From: Felis catus
Taxonomy: Eukaryota
Assembly (NCBI RefSeq): GCF_018350175.1
Contig: NC_058383.1
Location: 20,586,001 to 20,650,000, forward strand
DNA: 64,000 nucleotides
Direction: 5' to 3'
Below are positions 23,842 through 36,875 of the stretch, piece after piece; the first letter of the stretch is position 1; each line of letters begins with the position of its first letter. Under the pieces are notes generated by a model. It was not told the DNA's origin. It ran no database searches and saw only the letters and a program-made list of their open reading frames with translations. The translations under genes were made by a program, and so were the position numbers.

Positions 23842-24045
23842 TTTGTAACTTATTTATTTATTTATGAGAGAGAGAGAGAGAGAGAGAGAGGGAAGCAGAG
23901 AGAGAGGGAGAAAGAGAACCCCAAGCAGACTCTGTGCTGTTAGGACAGAGTGTGATGTGGGGCTCAAACCCACAAACTGTGAGATCATGACCTGAGCCGA
24001 GATCAAGGGTTGGACACTCAACCAACTGAGCCAGCCAGGTGCCCC
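23842..24045 (-). mobile_element. CanSINE
   Basis: Reversed full SINE; degenerate TSD agagaga(t/c)att. Confidence 0.93.
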
Positions 24046-25379
24046 CAGAGAGACATTGTCTTAGTATGAAACTCATGTCACACTATGAAAATATTAAATC
24101 ATTATTAATGCAAAAAAATACTTGAAGACAGGTATTTTCAACATGGCCCCATCCAGATGTTTAATTCCTCCATGTATTGTTGCCTATGGATTTTGTGGCC
24201 TTTTCTGTGAGCTCAGGAGCAGTTGCCAAGGTTTTCCTTCTCATTGGCCCTCTGCCATTCAATTCTTAGACCCCAGCGTTTGTCTTTTTATGGGGCCCCT
24301 TTCAAATTCATCTCCTGCACTTCAGCTAATTGCTACAGTCTGTCAAGACGTGTGTGGATCTCGAGTCCTCATCTGAAGCATCTGGAATGAAATGGCACCC
24401 CTCTTCCAAGCCAGTGTGTGTAGGGGAGTGAGCGTGTGCTCGGCTCAGTGCTCAGTGCAAAGGGGAACGAGAGAAGGGGTGCTGGAGAAGGCAGAGGAGC
24501 CTAAATGGCTTTGATCATGTGACAAAGGAAGTAAAACATGTGGTTTGGGGAGACGCCTGGCATTTGGGCACCCAATGGGAAGACCATCTCAATGAAGCCA
24601 TGATACAGCTGTGTGGTATGGGCTACCCAGGATTTTTTGCCAGTAAGAAGATACACAGCAGCTGTTCCCCATCCAGGAAGTAGTCATCTCCCCTTTTCAG
24701 AACTGATGCTGAATCAGTTATGTTCATTCATTCATTCCTTCATTCATGAAACCCCTTTCATTCCTAGAGTCCTTGATAGCTGCCTGCATCGTAGGGCTTA
24801 GAATACTGTCATAATAGGATTTGTTCCCAGGCCCTTCCTGGCTAGTCTCAGTTCCTGAAAGCCGCGGGCGATGTTTTTTTCCCCTTCGTGTCCCTCGCGT
24901 CTAACACAGTTCCCGCCACATATGGTAGCCGCCCCCCTAGCTCTCTGTGGTTGCCGGACGGACACACGAAGGACGTCCGGATGAAAGGATGATCCTTGGG
25001 CTTGAGGGGAATTGACGCCGTTTGGGGGGCCTGACCCCCCTGAGTAGGTTTCCCACGCGTGGCGGTTCGGCGTCTGTGAGACCCGTGTCATCCCTGTCTG
25101 AAAGACCATGCACTTCGGCATGGACCATCTGGTAAGAAAACACCGCAGTTGGGCTTGGAACAGCTCGTTAACAGTATCCGGGGTGCTTAGAGCAGCCGCG
25201 ACATCAACATCAACACACAGTCCTGAAGCGAGAATCGTTCTGCAAGATCACACATCTGCTCTCACAGCCCCAAATGTTGATGAGCCACCATCCAGCGCGC
25301 TCGCCCTCCCCGCCTCCCACGCCGGGGTGGTGGCGCTTTGCTACAGGATACACGCCCGGGGGCCTCGCGGGAGATGATG

Positions 25380-25980
25380 CTAACAAGAATTACCACACAC
25401 CATTCACGGAGTGCCCACCCTGTGCTGTGCTCTCTGCTCCAAATTCAACGTCGGATGCTGGACCCACTCCTCGCAACGCCTCCAGGCATTGGCCTCTCCA
25501 GCCTAGTTGGTGAAGACCATAGACTCCGGACTTTCTGAGTTTGGATCCACTTATTAGCTGCGTGACCCTGGGCCAGTTACTTAACCCAAATAGCCTGTGT
25601 CTCCGATCCACTCTCTGGGAAACAGACATCGTACTATTCAGATCCATCTCCGAGGGATTTTATGAGGATTTAATAAGTCAATATCTAAAAGGGTCCCTTA
25701 CACATTGAAGGCCCTGAATACATTAGCTGTTAATGTTTAAACACCTCTCTTAAGAAGATACTACCCTTAGGGCAGGAAACTGAGGCCCAGTGAAATTGAT
25801 TAGCTCGCCCGAAGTCACAAGAAGTGGCCTTGGAAGTCAACCCCAGCTCTGTCTCGCACCACAGCCCAAGCTCTTGGTTGTTGCCCGACAATGCTTAACG
25901 GAACTTCAGAGGCTCAGCAAGGTTGCGGGACTGGACCAAGGTCACTCCGCCAGGGGGTGGCCGAGCTGAATGTGAAAATG
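25380..25980. mobile_element. Cluster of MIR fragments (both strands)
   Basis: ccacttattagctgcgtgaccctgggccagttacttaacc (plus strand, ~25510-25740); gaaactgaggcccag and ccaaggtcac pieces (minus strand). Confidence 0.7.
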
Positions 25981-26630
25981 ACACTCATTACACATGTTGT
26001 AAAGGTGGACTGTCACTGACCTACCCCTGGGAGTTGCGGCAAACCCAGGCCAGAATCCCCAGAACTTCTTGCCAGATCAAGCTACATCGTTCAATTTGTG
26101 ATATCTCTCTCCGGGGCCTCCTCAATTGAAGCAAATGGAGGCCATCATGAACGCCGAGGGAGAAAGCAATCACCCGTGTTAGATATAAAGTGCCCATTCT
26201 CTCTGGAAGGGTCAGTGGCACAGCTTGCCTTTGGCTTGCCTGATTTGGAGGTACGGGGGCAGCTCACGTTTTCCCAAATGTGTTTTCCGGTGGAACAAAT
26301 GGTGCATAAATTAGCAATATTTTCTGAGCCCTCCTGATGAACTGTAACCCAAGAGAACGGTGGTTAGAGCAAGGGCATGAGGTAGGGCCATTTCCCCCCG
26401 TGTCGAGGAAAAGAATTCACTTAGAAAGTCAGTCGAGCACCTGCTGCTTGCCAAGCCCCGCACAAGGCAATTGCACACGTTCTCCTGGCCACAGCTCACA
26501 GATACCATGGGCTTCACGGAGCCCGTTTATACAGATGTGGCAGTTGAGAGCCAGGGTGACAGTGAACCCTGTCCAAGGACATACAGGCAGGACCTGCCTT
26601 GCCCAGTTCTGTTGGAAAGTTCGTTGTGCT

Positions 26631-26658
26631 TTTCAAAAATGTTCCACTTATTTATTTG

Positions 26659-26700
<42 letters not shown>

Positions 26701-26828
26701 GAATCCCAGGCAGGCTCTGGCTTTCAGCACGGAGTCTGACGTGGGGTTCGATCCCATGACCGTGAGATCGTGACCTGAGCCGAAATCAGGAGTCAGATGT
26801 TTTACCGACTGAGCCACCCAGGCACCCC
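26631..26828 (-). mobile_element. CanSINE (left member of head-to-head pair)
   Basis: Reversed full SINE ending ...gagccacccaggcacccc at 26828. Confidence 0.93.
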
Positions 26829-26856
26829 TACTGGGCTTTTTAAACCCAAAATTCAA

Positions 26857-27078
26857 GAGGCACCTAGGTGGCTCAGTCGGCTGGGCGTCCGACTTCGGCT
26901 CAGGTCACGATCTCATGACTTGTGAGGGTCGAGCCTTGGGTCGGGCTCTGGGCTGACAGCTCAGAGCCTGGAGCCTGCTGCGGATTCTGTGTCTCTCTCT
27001 CTCTCTCTCTGCTCCTTCCCCACTCCAGCACTGTCTCTCTCAAAAATAAAAATAAAACGTTAAAAAAATATTAAAAAA
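26857..27078 (+). mobile_element. SINEC_Fc (right member of head-to-head pair)
   Basis: gaggcacctaggtggctcagtcgg head 28 bp from the previous head; (CT)n; aataaa tail. Confidence 0.93.
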
Positions 27079-27755
27079 ATTTTCAGGAATCCTGGAATCT
27101 CTGAAGGCGGAAATTCAAAGCATTTGAACAGGACGTTTCTTATATAGAGCCCTAAGAAAAGCCGCATACCCTGGGGCCATACGATCATCAGCCAAATGGA
27201 AGCGGGGAAAGCAGGGATCTTGGGTTACAGCTGAGACTTAACAACTAACTTGCTGAATAAATTTAGGAAGGGGTTTTTCTCTTTGGACCAGCACGATGGA
27301 AGGGCTATGTGAAGACGAATCCTCTCATTAATCCCATCAAGTATTAATTGGTGCTTGTCGCGTACCAGGCATCGAGCATAAACTGATGCTCAAGCATGCG
27401 TGGTACCTGCCTTCAAAGGACTGTAAGTTCTTTGAGGAAAAGGTCTGACTATCCCATTTTTGGTCGGCGGTTCAGATGGACATCTCCGCGGTGGACAGGC
27501 AGACGTCTCCTTTGCTGCCGCGTCTGGCTTGCATTCCCACATGCCCTTGCGGGAAGGTGTGGGTAGAGGGGGGGGGGATGGAAGCAGAAGAGAAGCCGCA
27601 GAGGATGACGGAGCTTAGAAGGGAGAGGAGAAATAAAGACAAGAAGAAAGGAAGGAGGAGGAGGCCAAAGGCAAGAAGGAACCGGGCTTTGAAGAGACAC
27701 AAGGAATTGAAGTGACCAGGGGGAGTGGGGAAATGAGGAAAGCATTGCAGTTTTA

Positions 27756-27787
27756 TTTACTTTTAAATTTTTTATGTTTTAGTTATT

Positions 27788-27831
<44 letters not shown>

Positions 27832-27994
27832 AGTGGGGGCGGGGCAGAGAGAGAGGGAGACACAGAATCCAAAGCAGGCTCCAGTGTCCGAGCTGCCTGC
27901 ACAGAGACTGATGCGGGGCTCGAACTCATGAACCGCGAGATCATGACCTGAGCTGAAGTCGGATGCTTAACCGACTGAGCCACCCAGGTGCCCC
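27756..27994 (-). mobile_element. SINEC_Fc (left member of head-to-head pair)
   Basis: Perfect 16-bp TSD aagcattgcagtttta at 27740-27755 and 27995-28010. Confidence 0.96.
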
Positions 27995-28024
27995 AAGCAT
28001 TGCAGTTTTAAATGGCACATGGCC

Positions 28025-28144
28025 GGGGCGCCTGGGTGGCTCAGTCGGTTAAGTGTCTGACTCTGGGTTTCAGCTCAGGTCATGATCTCACAGTTCGGGA
28101 GTTCGAGCCCTGTGTCGGGCTCTGTGGTGTGGAGCTTGCTTGGG

Positions 28145-28182
<38 letters not shown>

Positions 28183-28236
28183 CCTTCTCTCTCTCTCTCT
28201 CTCTCTCTCAAAATAAATAAATACACATTAAAAAAG
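28025..28236 (+). mobile_element. CanSINE (right member of head-to-head pair)
   Basis: TSD taaatg(g/a)cacat at 28009-28020 and 28237-28248. Confidence 0.95.
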
Positions 28237-30959
28237 TAAATGACACATTGTGGGAGAAAATAGCAAACCCAGGTCTCAGGCATTTTTGTTCTAAAGTTTG
28301 TGCCAGGCAGGTCTGGGAAGGTTTATGAAGGTCTATGTCAGACACACGTCATGGAGGCAGGAGGAGCATGAGTCCTACTGAAGTAGGCTGAGAGGGTAGA
28401 CACCCCTCATTCCCAATGGTTCTCAATGAATCAACTGGGGCTCAGAGAAGTTGCACGCCTTGACTGAGGTCACACAGCTCACCGGTATGGCAGGGTTGGG
28501 ATTCGGAACCCAGCGGAACCTGTGGTCCTCACTGCTCTTCAATATGATAAGGAGAGGAAGGTCCAGAGTGGAGCTAGAGCCTGGGGGAGGGCACTGGATG
28601 GCAGCCTCCAGTGCAGAAATGAGGGTCCACTAGGCATCCATAGCCACAGAGAGACCCTGGCATCCACAGCTGATAGGGTCTTGAGCTTTGGTGGGACATG
28701 GGTGGGATGAGGGCAGGCAATATTTAGGAACTTCCTCCTAATCGCTTTGATCTTCCCGATGACAGGAGAGCAGGGCCATCTGCTAAGCTTGAGGGCCTTG
28801 GGAGTGGGGTTACGGGTCTCAGAACAGAGGGAGCTGGATATATATCGATAATTTCTGGATTACGGTGACCTATGGAGAAATCACCCTGTGTTCGGTTTTT
28901 GCCTTGGGAGACTCATCTGGAAGAAAAGGCGGGGAACTCATCACTACCCTCACCCTCACCCCCAACCACCGCCACCAAACATCCCTCGGCCCTTGGGTTT
29001 CAAGAAAGGTTTGTATTCTAATGCAAATGAAACGTGCCGCCCAAGATGAGTTTGGACAGGAGTCTTTTACTGATTGTTATACAGAGCCACCTCTGACACC
29101 CTCTGTGGAGCAGCCCAGGGTCCCAGGGGACACGTTTCTGAAGATATCGTCACAAACGAACAAGGTGAACGCCTAGGTTATCAGTGGATGCCGGCAACCA
29201 GAGAATGGAAGCGAAGGAATATGAGAACACATCCCGCTCTCAGAGCAGAGTTATTTGGGAGAATCATGCCCCGTACTCTCTCCTGAGGGCCGCCAAAGTG
29301 TCATGAACCACGCGGGGGTGGAACTTATCCCAAACGATCAGAAGTTGACCCTGGGTAGACTAAGTCGTTCTGTGGCCAGGGACACACTACAAGACAAAGA
29401 CAGATGGAAAAATGGAAGGTCGCTTTCAGGCCGTTTCTAGTTCTACAGCAGGATGATGCACAGCTTTTCAGAGGCAGCGCTTGCTTTTCCAAATGAGTAC
29501 AATGAGGGCTCCACAATTGTCAGCCACAATTTTTAGGAATCCGAGGGTGTCATCACTCCCTAAGTAGTGAGGAGCTGGTCGTGAGGAATATTAAGGTCCC
29601 TACGTCCATGTTCTCGGATCTGGCCTCGAACAGAAACTGGCGGGGCAGATTCAGGGCTCACGTCATCTTCTCTGGAGCCCAGGGGAAGATTTACGTGTCC
29701 AGGTGTCCCGACTGCCCCCTGCAGGGTGAAGAAATGCGAGCCTATCACAGCGGGTTCCGTGCCTTCACTCACACGCCCTTCACGGATTTCCAAATTCTTA
29801 TCCTATGTATGTTTCCTTTCACTAGCTCTAAGTTTTAGAACCGACTTATCCAGGTAATTATAAATTTATTATTCTATAGTTTATGTATCGGAAGTACATA
29901 CAATTGCTCACTCAGCGTTTCCTCACAGGAGACGGCCGAGATCACAAACTATGCTGAAACAAATCTTAGCCACAAAGAAAAAGAGAGAAAACTGTTCAGG
30001 CGTGTGTTCATTCATTCGTCAACTACCGTGTGTCTGGCACTGTGCTCGACTGGGGGGCAAAAAACCCAAGGGCAAGATCTTGCCCTGAAGAAGTTTGTAT
30101 TTTTTGAAATAAAATAGTTTACAGAGGTCTATGCTTGTCTCTGAGGATTCATAGAAGGCCGTGAGTTTTAGGCTGGGAATCACTGGGGGAGGGTCGCGTG
30201 AATTCCAGCGTCCGCCGTCGCCTCCTTCGGAAGCTTTGCTAAATGCACGTTCCTCCTGACCAAGGTGTGCGGCCACGCGTTCAACCTCGGGGCTGTCTCT
30301 GAACGACATGCCCTTTGAGCAACTCGTTTCACGTCTTTGACCCCCCACTTCCGCCATGCATCGAACGGAGACAACATCTCCTGTCCGTTGATGAGCAAAG
30401 GTACCAGGCATCCTAGAACAGAGCAAGCATCCGTACGTGTCCCTTCTTGTTATTGCCGCCGATGTAATGTAGCGCATAGTAGGTGCAAACAGATCGGTTT
30501 GTCGAGCGAGTGTGGGACCAGAGCCCTGTCCAAATTCTGGATCTGTAGGACCATCGCAGGTCGTCTAATATATGCACCCCTACGCAAATGCCAACGCGGA
30601 GTCACGGAAACCCACCGCTCAAGCAGGTGTAGATGCAACGCACTCTTAGAGCACCAAACGGCTTTGGTTGGGCATATATGTCCCAGGTAGTTACTAGAAC
30701 CCTTCTTCTCCTTGCCACCCTGAGGTGGCCCAAGCATCTGGGATGCCTCATGGCTGGGCAGAACTTGGCCACTTTGGGGCGGGGCCTCACTTATAGGCAT
30801 TGCTTTTCTCTCTCCCTGCTGTCGCTGACTTTTCCTGTGCCACTGCCCGTCTTTAGCATCAACGGACCACCACCTTGTTCACATGGTTTGATTCAGAAAA
30901 CACACATGCACAGAAAACAACTATGACTTCAACAGTCCTTTAAAGTGAGTTCGTGATGG

Positions 30960-31167
30960 GGGGCCCCCTGGGTGGCTTAGTCGGTTAAGTGTCCGACTTC
31001 GGCTCAGGTCAGGATCTCGTGGTTCGTGAGTTCGAGCCCCGCATTGGGCTCTTGTGCTGACGGCCCGGAGCCTGGAGCCCACTTTGGATTCTGTGTCTCC
31101 CTCTCTCTCTCTGCCCCTCCCCTGCTCACACTCTGTCTCTCAAAAAATACATAAATATTAAAAAAAA
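30960..31167 (+). mobile_element. SINEC_Fc
   Basis: 19-bp TSD taaa(g/a)tgagttcgtgatgg at 30941-30959 and 31168-31186. Confidence 0.95.
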
Positions 31168-32254
31168 TAAAATGAGTTCGTGATGGAGTCATCACCAGTC
31201 AACCTGCTTTTTAGAAAGGTTGCCCCGTGCGTGTGTGTTTGTGTGTGTGTGTGTCTGAGATTTTTACTGATTTATTTTCTACGCCACGTGTGGTATTATA
31301 GGGACATGGAAGTCCTTTGTAATAATTCTCAAGCCCACAGTTTGAGAAGCATGGTTCCAAAGTCTAAACCATTGTCTGCCTATAACCTCAGCGTCCACCA
31401 GCGCCCTTTGCCCACAGCCGTCCCTCCAACTCTCTCGCTCTGGTTATTGGACAGTCTCACCCCGGAGGTTCTAAGACAAGACACCCCCTTGACTCTGAAT
31501 CGATGAGATTACGGAACACACTTCGCCTGCCCCCGGATCGTTCTTCTCTGATACTTTATTCAGACACATTCCAAGAGTGACCCCACCGCAGAACTTCACA
31601 CCCCAACCTCGATTAGGTCTTTCATTGTATTTTCTTTCCCTGGGCTCGGCAGGGGCCACGATGAGATGTCGATTACGGACGTGTCCGTGTGTCTGCCCTG
31701 GTCATGGACGGTGAAAGGAGAGGACAGAGGAAGGCTGCGTTCCAAGTGTCTCCACCTCCCACTGTACTCCCAGCTGTGTGTCACTGCATCCCTGCCCTCG
31801 GGACGCCGCCAGCCTCCTTCCTTCTGGCCTGCATCCTGACGCTGATCCATGCCCCGCCTGCTCCTGCCCAGTCTTTCTCTCTCACCCGTATGCATATCTA
31901 AGCCTCTTAACTGTGTGGGCCGCGCAACCCTCAGCGTCAGAGGGACAAAGACACTGTTCTTTGTGAAGGTGACACCCGATCTGCTGGGTTTTCATTCCAA
32001 TCTCGCTTTTTGCCTGGGACCAACCCCCCCCCCCCCCAACCTGCTTCATTCCACCGGCTTCTCCAGATACTCACGTGACCCCTTGGTGGAGGCCCCATCA
32101 TCACCTGCTTGCCTAGAGCATCCCTTGATTGACCGTTTGTGGCCCTGCCTCCTGAGCCTGGTGTTTCCTGCCCAGGAGGTAAGGTCCCCCAGGCTGTGCC
32201 CCCCCCCAGCCTGGTTTACTCTACTCTACTCCACCTTGACTCTAAAGGACTTAG

Positions 32255-32558
32255 GAAAACCTCAGTGTCCCCGCCCCCCAATTCATATGCGAAATCCTAA
32301 CACCCAGTGTGATGGTTCTGGGGGTGTGGCCTTTGGGAGATGATCAGCAATGAAGATGAAGCTCCCCGCCCACTTCCGCCAAGTGAGGGCATAGACAGAT
32401 GACGAAGAGACCAAGAAGCGGGCCCTCACCACACACCGAATGTGCCAGTCCCTTGCTGTTGGAGCTTTTGGGTTCCAGAACTGTAGGAAATAAACGCTTC
32501 CTGTTTGAGCCACCCAGCTGATGGTATTTTTGTTACAGGAGCCTGAAGAGACTAAGCA
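32255..32558 (+). mobile_element. MLT1A-like MaLR solo LTR
   Basis: aattcatatgcgaaatcctaacacccagtgtgatgg...ggcctttgggagatgat...ccagaactgtaggaaataaa...gccacccag...gtatttttgttac...gactaagca. Confidence 0.85.
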
Positions 32559-33599
32559 AGATGTACTCAGCACAGTGCTTGGAAGTTATGAATCACTCGG
32601 CACAAGTGTTGATATTCGTTGCTGTTCCGTGGGAAGCCTGTTTTATGGAGCATTCTCAGACGACGCCACCCTGGACCTGTGCTCCTAATGAGATCATTTA
32701 AAGCTGACCCCGTGCGCATCCTTACAATGAACTTTGCTTTGGCAAATAACGTGTGTGTGTGTGTGTGTTTCTCCCCGGTGAGCCAAGGAACCTGGTCAGC
32801 TAGATGGGTAATGCTCAGAGCACTTGACGTTTTATGGGGGAAAGGCTCGTTCGGGTCCACTCACGCCCCGCCGCAGAAACCTGTCAAATCAGTCGGTCGC
32901 AGTGGAAGCAACCATCCACGTGAATGACAGGTGTGAACGGCGCTATGAGGAACGAGGTTTCATCTCCCTGCCATGGGCCGGCTCTAGCGTTTGCCTGCCA
33001 CGGGGACAGTGCTGAAGAGAACCGTCCTCTCTGTGGCGAGAATGCAGCCCAGAAGCCCCCTCCGTCCCCACACCTGGCCAGGACGGTGGGACAGACGCCT
33101 TCTCCTACAAAGCGCCCCGGTCAGCGCCTTCCGAGTCGCCCTTGAGAGATCTGCATCCCCAAATCAAGATCTCCAGCTTCGGTGATGTTAAGTACAATCA
33201 TAAATTAATTAGTGCTTCCTACAGTGCCTGTATTTAGATCCGACTTTCACAGCTTGGGGCGCACGAAATACGAAACAGATTTTGAAACCAATCAATCCGA
33301 TCATGTAGTAGATGGAGAAATGACAGATAGATGGGAAAGAAGGTCGGCACACACCTAGAGAGATATACACAAACACGCACACGCTGTGCTATCAGGATGG
33401 AGGGTTCTTACGTTATCAGACGTTCACACACACCAGTCCCCTGCAGGGTGTCTTTCTGATTCTGTCACACACACACACACACAATCATACACACACTCAC
33501 TCATACACATACACACACATACACTCTGCTCCTCCTATAAGTGAGTCCTCGAGCACAATCCCCTTCCTTCCCCAGGCACCGTCTAAAACCGCTCTCCTT

Positions 33600-33830
33600 C
33601 ACGCCAGCCTCTTCTGTCCACTTCACAGGGCTTTTTCTTATCTGAAATTATCCTGTTCATGTGTTTATTTTCCTGCGTGCAGTCTGTCCGTCCCCCAGAA
33701 GAAAGCAAGCTCCAAAGAAGAAAGGCGACCGGGCGCCTCTGTGTATGGCTGTCTCCCCTGCATCTCACACAGTGCCTAGAATCGCAGAGATCTCAATAAG
33801 CATTTTCTGGATGATGGAAGGAAGGAAGGG
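33600..33830 (+). mobile_element. L2 3' end
   Basis: gcaagctcca...gctgtctcccctgcatctcacacagtgcctag...ctcaataagcattttctggatga. Confidence 0.7.
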
Positions 33831-33944
33831 AAAGAAGGCCCGCTTAATAAAATCGATGTAAACTTTGGCTATAATTATTATATTATTGTCACATTGTTCC
33901 TCTGCTGAAATGCTTTCAATATATTGAAAGTATATTGAAAAATA

Positions 33945-34156
33945 TATGTATATTTTTGTGAGAAAGAGAGAGGGGCAAGAGAGAGAGAGAGAGTGTGCAT
34001 GTGCATGTGAGCAGGGGAGGAGCAAAGGGAAAGAGAGAGAGAATTCCAAGTCAGTATGGAGCCTGATGTGGGGCTCGATCCCATGACCCTGGCATCACGA
34101 CCTGAGCTGAAATCAAGAGGCGGATGCTCAACCTGACTGAGCCCCCCAGGCACCCC
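33945..34156 (-). mobile_element. CanSINE (older)
   Basis: Reversed head ...gactgagccccccaggcacccc; gggctcgatccc B box. Confidence 0.9.
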
Positions 34157-34179
34157 TATCTCTCCTTATATTAAAAAAC

Positions 34180-34900
34180 TCTAACCCCTTCTTTATGGTC
34201 CCTAAGGCTCTATACGAAATGTTCCTAAACTCAATCCCATTCCCCCAAGGTCCCAGCACTGGCTGTCACCTCTCTCTGTCCCCCTAAGGACTTCAGATCC
34301 TTTCTCTTCTGCATTTGCTCTGTCTTCTTCCTGCAACGCTGTTTTCCCAGATCCTTGCACAGCGGGCTTTTTCTCACCTTTCAGGTCTTATATTAAATGT
34401 CTGGCTCTGCACTGTTCAATGTAGAAGCGGACTAGCCACATGTGGTAGCTATTTCAATGTAAATTAATTAAAATAAAATAAAGTTAAAGGTGCAAGGCCT
34501 CAGTGTTCAAGAGCTACGAATGGCCAATGGCTACTGCGTTGGAGGAACATATATAGTATATCCCATGGTCATAACGTTCTATTAGTGTTGATCTGGCCCA
34601 TCAGCTGTGATGTTTGTGATAATCTATACCCCCCTTAAAAGTTACCTGCCACCCAGGCTTCCTCTGATCTTTCTGCCCCAAATAATGCCCTTCCCAAGTC
34701 ACTTTCTACCTCATTGTCCTGCCTTTTCTTTATTTCACTTTATGACATCTAATTTACTGATTGGTCCACATGACGGCTGATGCCTCCCCACCTGGAATTA
34801 AGCCTCATGATGGCAGAACTGTGTCTTATTCATCAAGTTTTAGATCTATCTATAATAGAGCATGGTGCGTCATAGGTGCTTAATAAACCATGAATACATG
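34180..34900 (+). mobile_element. L2 3' fragments flanking a MER3
   Basis: tgcatttgctctgtcttcttcctgcaacgct...ttcaggtct and cctccccacctggaattaagcctcatgatggcag...cataggtgcttaataaa. Confidence 0.65.
34407..34590 (-). mobile_element. MER3-like hAT-Charlie MITE
   Basis: ctgcactgttcaat...actagccacatgtgg...aaattaattaaaataaaataaa...tggctactgcgttgga...gttctatt. Confidence 0.8.
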
Positions 34901-35489
34901 AACGGCCCTCTTGGAAATGAATGTCTACATTCACATTTTCACTCACATATACACTCATTTCGTGCACCCAAAGAGGCCAGGGCAGGACAAAGGAGGGGGA
35001 GAAGGTTGAATCTGGTGCTAGGCAGGTCTCCATCTCTTGGCCACCAGCTGGTGACAAGGTAGGAAAGGCTCAGGCTGGCCCACTGATGATGCTGATGCCA
35101 ACTCAGAACCAGTTAGACATGGCAAGACCTTAACCATGAAATGCACGTGGACTATGGAGTCACCCAACTCCAGCTTCTGGAAAGGTATACTCCCCGGAGT
35201 TTGAACTGACAGTCAGTTCCAGAATCACGCTGCAGGTCAGGGAAAGACGTAAGAATGAAGAACAGGGACTGGAATTCAGTGCGGGGCTCAGCCTGTCCCC
35301 TCCTCAAAGTCAACCACCTCCCCGGAGGCTCTATTCTCTGGAGAAGAAACAAGCTGATTGAACTCGCCGCCTGGTTTGTGGTTGTGGGGCTCGCGCACAG
35401 CATCTTCAACAATTTCTCCATCTGCGATTCCGCATCAAAGGGATCGATGCCGTGAGGTCACACACCAGTGACCTCAACTCCGGAGGCAC

Positions 35490-35620
35490 AGAATTCCTTG
35501 GGACCCACAACTGGGGATTCTGATTCAACTGGTCTGTGATGGTGCCTGGCCATTGGTTATCTTCTAAACGCTCTCCAGGGCACTGTAATGAGTCACCAGG
35601 ATTTAGAAACACATCCCTAA
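35490..35620. mobile_element. MER5-family fragment
   Basis: gattctgattcaactggtctg...ctctccagggcactgtaatgagtcaccaggatttagaaacac. Confidence 0.6.
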
Positions 35621-35734
35621 ACCAAATCCCTTGAAAGACAGCAACCCATCCTGTCCATCTCTGCAAACTCAGAGGACAGGGCTGGGCTGGAATTGGATTG
35701 ATGTTGCCCCATGAATAAACAGATGGACAGACAG

Positions 35735-36221
35735 TTGGATAGACTGGGCGAAGAGATGCCCAGATAGATGGTGAAACATTACTTCTGGGTGTGTCTATTT
35801 CTGGGCGAGATTAGCACTGACATTGGTAGACTGAGCAAAGATCTGCCCTCACCAATTCAGGTGAGCATCATCCAATCTATTGAGGGTCTGAATAGAACAC
35901 AAAGGCAGAGGAAGGGCAGATTTGCTCACTGTGTCTGTCTTCTGCCCTGAGACATCAACACACCTGTTATTGACACTTAGAATACCAGTTCCTCTGGTTC
36001 TCAGTGGTTTGGACTTGAACTGAACGACACCACTAGCTTTTCTCGTTCTTTAGTTTGCAGATCATGGGATTTTTTTTGGCCTTAATAATCCCATAAACCA
36101 ATTCCTATAACAGCGCTCTCTCTCTCTCTCTCTCTCTCTGTCTGTATTTCTATCTATCTATCTATCATCTATCTATCTATCTATCATCTATCAGTTCTAT
36201 TTCTCTGGAGATCCCTAATAC
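35735..36221 (+). mobile_element. MLT2-type ERVL solo LTR with internal (CT)n/(TATC)n
   Basis: gatgcccagatagatggtgaaacattacttctgggtgtgtct...catcatccaatctattgagggtctgaatagaacacaaaggcagaggaaggg...tctctggagatccctaataca. Confidence 0.88.
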
Positions 36222-36467
36222 AGACAGAGAGAAGAATGAACAGATGAGTGAATGAATGAAAAATCACTGTGATTAGTACAACCTGATAACAGTGAGTGTC
36301 TCTCAGTCTCTAGACCCCTCTGACACTTCTGGATATCCTCCTACATTATGGCTATCATGGACTCAGTATTTTTCTTTAAATCAGTTTCATTCTTCTTTGA
36401 TTCAATGAATCTACTGAATGCAGAAATTGTAGGTCACTACCTTGAAGGGAAAAACAATTACAACTGC

Positions 36468-36652
36468 TGTGGCAGACAGACTCTGAGACAACTCCCCATC
36501 ACCCCCCCTCCCCGGTATTTATGCCTTTATATAATCTCCACACCCTAAGCAGGGGCAGGACCCAGGACTTGATTTTAATCAACAGAATTGGGCAATGGGG
36601 ATGTGGGATTACTTCCACGTAACTCGCATCTTGCTAGCAGACCCTCTCCATT

Positions 36653-36698
<46 letters not shown>

Positions 36699-36875
36699 GG
36701 CTTTCATGAAGCAAGCCACCACAGGGAAAAGTGCATTCGTCAGGAAACAAGAGGACAGACTCTAGTGAACAGCCACAAGTCAACAGTCCACACGGAACTG
36801 AGCCCTGCCAGCAACCATACAATTTCGGAAGCCATTCTTCTCCAGTCGAGCTTCAGATGAGACCCGAGCCTGGAT
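36468..36875 (+). mobile_element. MLT1F-like MaLR solo LTR (partial) with (CT)n at 36655-36695
   Basis: tgtggcagacagactctgaga...ggctttcatgaagcaagcc...ggaactgagccctgccagcaacca...ccagtcgagcttcagatgagac. Confidence 0.8.
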
